Shown here: in pieces, positions 60,253-64,000 of the stretch
Layout of the letters: every line of letters starts with the position of its first letter
Position numbering within the stretch: position 1 is the stretch's first letter
Source: Nitrosopumilus sp.
GTDB lineage: Archaea > Thermoproteota > Nitrososphaeria > Nitrososphaerales > Nitrosopumilaceae
Direction of reading: 5' to 3'
Assembly (NCBI GenBank): GCA_965249555.1
Contig: OZ252243.1
Span: 736,001 to 800,000 of the forward strand
DNA length: 64,000 nucleotides
Program-made: the position numbers and the translations under genes
The notes under the pieces: model-generated
The model's input: only the letters and a program-made list of their open reading frames with translations
Databases searched by the model: none
Told to the model about the DNA's origin: nothing

Positions 60253-62030
60253 TAAGCGTATACTGGCTCTTTTTCTCGTTGAATCCTAACTATCTCATTT
60301 AGAATTTGTTGTTCTTCAGTGCTGAGTTTATGCATGAATCTATTTAGTAGTTGTTTTGCTTGGTGTGATGGCGGAAACGTATAGTAGACTTCTTCTTCAA
60401 AGATTTGTCTCCCAATAGTTACATCTCTGACAGAGCATGCTACCTCATCGCCAGTTTTTGCAGAAGTGACCGTCTTTTTATCAAGCTGAAGTTGATGGAT
60501 ATTTCCAACCTTTCTTCCACTCATGTTCATAAATGGAATTTTTTGTTTTAGGGTTCCCACATCTATGCGAATTCCAAAAACGGCAGGATCGTTATTTCGG
60601 AAAACCATTCCTTTGAGAAAAGTAAACTTTACGATTGGAACTAGTTCTGAAAATATTGCATCCTCCTCATTTGCACTGTCTTCTTCAACCCATGCATTGT
60701 AGTTGTCAATTAAACTGTAGATTACTTTGTCTTCAAACACTTTGATATGACTGTCTTCTGATTCATCTTTTGCATCAGGTAGAACCCTAACATTAAATGA
60801 CAAAACAACTCCTAGATGTCTGTCTTTTTCTTTGATTGCTCTGGCCTCTATGACATCTCGTCTGGTAACAGGACCAATGTCGGCTTTGGCAACAGGTACT
60901 TGTGAACGTCGAAGCATCTCAATTATGGCCTCAAGTGAGCCTATAGTATCACATTTTAGTATAATACCATCAGTTTCAGTATCAATAAACATAGATTTCA
61001 TCTCAGATTCGATGAGTTTGGTAAATTTTTCAATCTCTTGTTGGTTTGATGCGACATAAAGAGTACTTCCTGGAAGAACTCCTTCAAGATCAGGTGATGC
61101 AATTTTTAGTCCAGCAGCAGCATCTACTTGTGTAACTGGTTTGAATTTGTCCCGAGGATCTCGCATCTCATCAAGAGGTTTTGGCAAAAGCAGTGCTTTT
61201 GGTTTTATAGCGATAACAGAATCTCTTTTAGCTACAACAATGCTGTTTTCTTTTTTGATTGTGCCATCAATTAGAATAATATTTGCCGTCTGTCCCAATC
61301 CCACCTCGTCTTTTACCTCCAAGATAATGCCGCGTGGATCTTTCTCTTCTTTACTTAGTCTTTTTTGAAGATATTGTTGTGTCAGTCCTACTAGTACGCT
61401 AAGTAGCTCTGGAATGCCAACTCCAGATCGTGCAGAAATTGGAACTATTGCAATCTCGGATTTAAAGTCCTTAACACGGTAAAATGCTTCTGATTTATAT
61501 CCCAAAATAGAAAGAGTTCCTACTACATCATAGAGCTTTTGATCAAGATCAGCTTGAATGGATGCATCTTGTTCTTTTAATACCTGTGAGATGAATGAAG
61601 ATTCTGATTTTCTCCATCCAGAAATTTGATCACATTTGTTTAGTGCAACAACAAATGGAACTTTTCTGTTCTGTAAAATTTTCAAGCTTTCGTTTGTCTG
61701 TGGTTGAAATCCGCGATTAACATCAACTACAAGAATTGCAATGTCAGCTGCTGAACCTCCTCGAAAACGAAGGTTTCTAAAAACTTCGTGTCCTGGAGTG
61801 TCAATAACTAAAATTCCTGGAACTTGGTTTTCTGATTCTTCAAGTTTCTTGTATAGGATACCACATGTTTCTTTGATGGTCTCAGTTGGAAGAAAGCTAG
61901 CACCAATATGCTGAGTGATTCCACCTGCTTCTCTACCTTGAACACCTGTACCACGAATTCGATCTAAAAGGGATGTTTTACCAGAGTCTACATGACCAAG
62001 AACTGCCACTATGGGCTGACGAATTTGCAA
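60249..62030 (-). CDS. infB: Translation initiation factor aIF5B/IF2
   Basis: GHVDSGKT, AGGITQHIGA, DTPGHE, NKCD. Confidence 0.96.
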   Translation of the reverse strand: MQIRQPIVAVLGHVDSGKTSLLDRIRGTGVQGREAGGITQHIGASFLPTETIKETCGILYKKLEESENQVPGILVIDTPGHEVFRNLRFRGGSAADIAILVVDVNRGFQPQTNESLKILQNRKVPFVVALNKCDQISGWRKSESSFISQVLKEQDASIQADLDQKLYDVVGTLSILGYKSEAFYRVKDFKSEIAIVPISARSGVGIPELLSVLVGLTQQYLQKRLSKEEKDPRGIILEVKDEVGLGQTANIILIDGTIKKENSIVVAKRDSVIAIKPKALLLPKPLDEMRDPRDKFKPVTQVDAAAGLKIASPDLEGVLPGSTLYVASNQQEIEKFTKLIESEMKSMFIDTETDGIILKCDTIGSLEAIIEMLRRSQVPVAKADIGPVTRRDVIEARAIKEKDRHLGVVLSFNVRVLPDAKDESEDSHIKVFEDKVIYSLIDNYNAWVEEDSANEEDAIFSELVPIVKFTFLKGMVFRNNDPAVFGIRIDVGTLKQKIPFMNMSGRKVGNIHQLQLDKKTVTSAKTGDEVACSVRDVTIGRQIFEEEVYYTFPPSHQAKQLLNRFMHKLSTEEQQILNEIVRIQREKEPVYAY

Positions 62031-62036
62031 ATCAGA

Positions 62037-62438
62037 TCACTCAAACGCTACCCTCGATTCGTGATCAAAACTTTCCTGGCAATCAGATGCATGGATAATA
62101 TTTTCACTTAATCCTAATCCAAAGTCTCCCCTAATGGAACCGGGTTCTGCTTCAAATGATTTAGTTGCACCAATCATAGTTCTTGTAGTAGCAATTGCAT
62201 TGTTTCCTTCAATGATTGCTGCAACTACAGGTCCTGATGTGATAAATGATGTTAGTTCACCAAAGAAAGGTTTGTCTTTGTGTATATCATAGAATTTCTT
62301 TGCCTGGTCTAGAGTAAATGTAAACATCTTTAATTTCAAAATTTTAAATCCTTTTTTTTCAAATCTTGAGATGATTTCACCAACTAGATTTCGAGCCACT
62401 GCATCTGGCTTTACAATGAATAGGGTATTTTCAGACAA
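62037..62438 (-). CDS. ndk: Nucleoside diphosphate kinase
   Basis: VKPDA, PGSIRGDFG, NIIHASD. Confidence 0.96.
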   Translation of the reverse strand: MSENTLFIVKPDAVARNLVGEIISRFEKKGFKILKLKMFTFTLDQAKKFYDIHKDKPFFGELTSFITSGPVVAAIIEGNNAIATTRTMIGATKSFEAEPGSIRGDFGLGLSENIIHASDCQESFDHESRVAFE

Positions 62439-62440
62439 TT

Positions 62441-62641
62441 CTACTTCTTTCTAATTCCGCCTTTAACGTGTTTTTTAGTCCATTTTAATTTTCTTGGATC
62501 ACGTTTTAGAACTAGTGCATTTTTTTTACATTTTGAAGAACAGAACCATAAAACAGTTCCATCATTTTTAGCAAGCATCGTACCAGAACCTTTAGCAACA
62601 GGTCTATCACAAAAACTGCAAGGCTTGGTTAAGAGACTCAT
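62441..62641 (-). CDS. rpl24e: 50S ribosomal protein L24e
   Basis: CSFC...FCSSKC...PRKLKWT. Confidence 0.96.
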   Translation of the reverse strand: MSLLTKPCSFCDRPVAKGSGTMLAKNDGTVLWFCSSKCKKNALVLKRDPRKLKWTKKHVKGGIRKK

Positions 62642-62649
62642 CTAATCAC

Positions 62650-62862
62650 CTATTTGATCTTTTTTGCTTCTCTCTCTGTTTCTCTTAGCATGAGAATCTC
62701 GCCCACTCTAACAGAACCTTTGACATTTCTTGTAAGAATTCTTCCTTTATCATTTCCTGTAAGAACTTTTACTCTAACTTGAATTACCTCACCGGCAATG
62801 CCAGTTCGTCCAACAATTTGAATAATTTCAGATTGAACTACTTGATCAGTTGTGGAGCTCAT
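62650..62862 (-). CDS. rps28e: 30S ribosomal protein S28e
   Basis: GRTGIAGE...[20 protein letters not shown]. Confidence 0.96.
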   Translation of the reverse strand: MSSTTDQVVQSEIIQIVGRTGIAGEVIQVRVKVLTGNDKGRILTRNVKGSVRVGEILMLRETEREAKKIK

Positions 62863-63245
62863 TGATCAGTCTTGCCACCTTTGATTTTAGAAATTGTTTC
62901 AATAATTTGATCTACGATATGTTGTGCATCACCAGCATCCAAAATTGCTGCAGCAGCAGAAGTTATCTCAATGCCCAATGAACTACCTAATTCTTTCTTT
63001 GTTGGAACAAATACAAATGCTGCACCTTGCTCCTCACACAGAATTGGAAGATGAGCTACTACCTCTGGCGGTTCAACATCCTCTGCTATAATGATTAGTT
63101 TACTTGTACCACGTTCGATTGCCTTGGTGGCTTCATTGGTTCCTTTCTTGACTTTGCCGCTAGTAGATGCTACTCTAAGTGCCTCTAAAATTGGACTAAC
63201 AAGATCCTCTGGTGTCTCAAATTTAACGTAATATGCTTTTCCCAT
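62859..63245 (-). CDS. rpl7ae: 50S ribosomal protein L7Ae
   Basis: [29 protein letters not shown]. Confidence 0.96.
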   Translation of the reverse strand: MGKAYYVKFETPEDLVSPILEALRVASTSGKVKKGTNEATKAIERGTSKLIIIAEDVEPPEVVAHLPILCEEQGAAFVFVPTKKELGSSLGIEITSAAAAILDAGDAQHIVDQIIETISKIKGGKTDQ

Positions 63246-63306
63246 ACTTTGTCACCCTAAGGTTCATTCTCCATTCTCTCAGTCGATTCGTTTGGTATTA
63301 AAAGTG

Positions 63307-64000
63307 TTATCTGGAAATAATCGACTTTACTTTTTTGAGATATTCAGATATCAAAGCGTCTAGTTTCTCCTGACTTTCAGATTCTGCATATACTCTAACT
63401 ATTGGTTCTGTTCCACTAGGTCTGATCATTACCCAATTTTTAGAATCGATTGTAATTTTGATACCATCAGTTGTATCAGAACTTGGAAATTCTTCTTTTA
63501 GTGAAAAAATCAGTTTTGAAACATTTTCAGGAGAGCATGAAACCTTGTCTTTTGTGGTAAAAGAAGGAGGTAAACTGGCAATCTCATCTGATAGTGATTT
63601 TCCCGTAGCCAAGAGCTCAAGCATCAATGCCAAAGTCATGCAGCCATCTCGAACCTGATTATGTTTTCCATACATGAATCCACCATTTTCTTCAAATCCT
63701 ATTAGTGCACCAGTTGAAACCATCTTTCTTGATACCTCGACACTTCCTACTTTGGTGCGAATAACTTTTGAGTTAAATTTTTCAGTTAAAACTTCAATGT
63801 TAGAACCAGAATTCAAACAAGTAATAATCAAAGAGTTTGGATTCTTCTTTAAGATATGTTGAGTAAGAAGTAACGCAGATTTATCACCAGATAAAACACT
63901 ACCTTTATTGTCACAAAAAATACTTCGATCTCCATCTCCATCAAATGCAATTCCAAAATCAGCATTGTTTTCCATCACAGTCTTTGAAAGTTCTGAAAGA
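63307..64000 (-). CDS. Phosphohexomutase (phosphoglucosamine/phosphomannomutase), 5' end outside the window
   Basis: FDGDGDR, GFEENGG, RPSGTEP. Confidence 0.9.
   Translation of the reverse strand, partial: LSELSKTVMENNADFGIAFDGDGDRSIFCDNKGSVLSGDKSALLLTQHILKKNPNSLIITCLNSGSNIEVLTEKFNSKVIRTKVGSVEVSRKMVSTGALIGFEENGGFMYGKHNQVRDGCMTLALMLELLATGKSLSDEIASLPPSFTTKDKVSCSPENVSKLIFSLKEEFPSSDTTDGIKITIDSKNWVMIRPSGTEPIVRVYAESESQEKLDALISEYLKKVKSIISR

Overview
Ammonia-oxidising thaumarchaeon (Nitrosopumilus/Nitrosopumilaceae-like) chromosome, judged from gene content and order. The core backbone carries the acetyl/propionyl-CoA carboxylase of the 3HP/4HB cycle, RFC-L/S, GINS-MCM-Hel308, sdhACDB, argH, ilvE, hisS, eIF6, aIF5B, ndk, r-proteins and four tRNAs. 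Several accessory patches interrupt it: (i) a decaying defence island at 1-5.5 kb (GmrSD-like DUF262/DUF1524, MazG-like, HNH, frameshifted SspD-like PAPS reductase); (ii) an integrase remnant after tRNA-Lys; (iii) a GHKL/MORC-like ATPase plus DUF1016-N-like gene pair beside a PCNA pseudogene; (iv) an intact IS66-family element with 8-bp target duplication; (v) an AT-rich island at about 45.5-51.8 kb encoding a pentapeptide-repeat membrane protein, a TRAFAC GTPase and a GAP1-N2-like protein, resembling bacterial GTPase/GAP1 conflict systems. A non-coding highlight is a cluster of 10 GATC sites in 98 bp directly upstream of the GINS-MCM-Hel308 operon. All family calls come from motif recognition by eye; no database searches were run.
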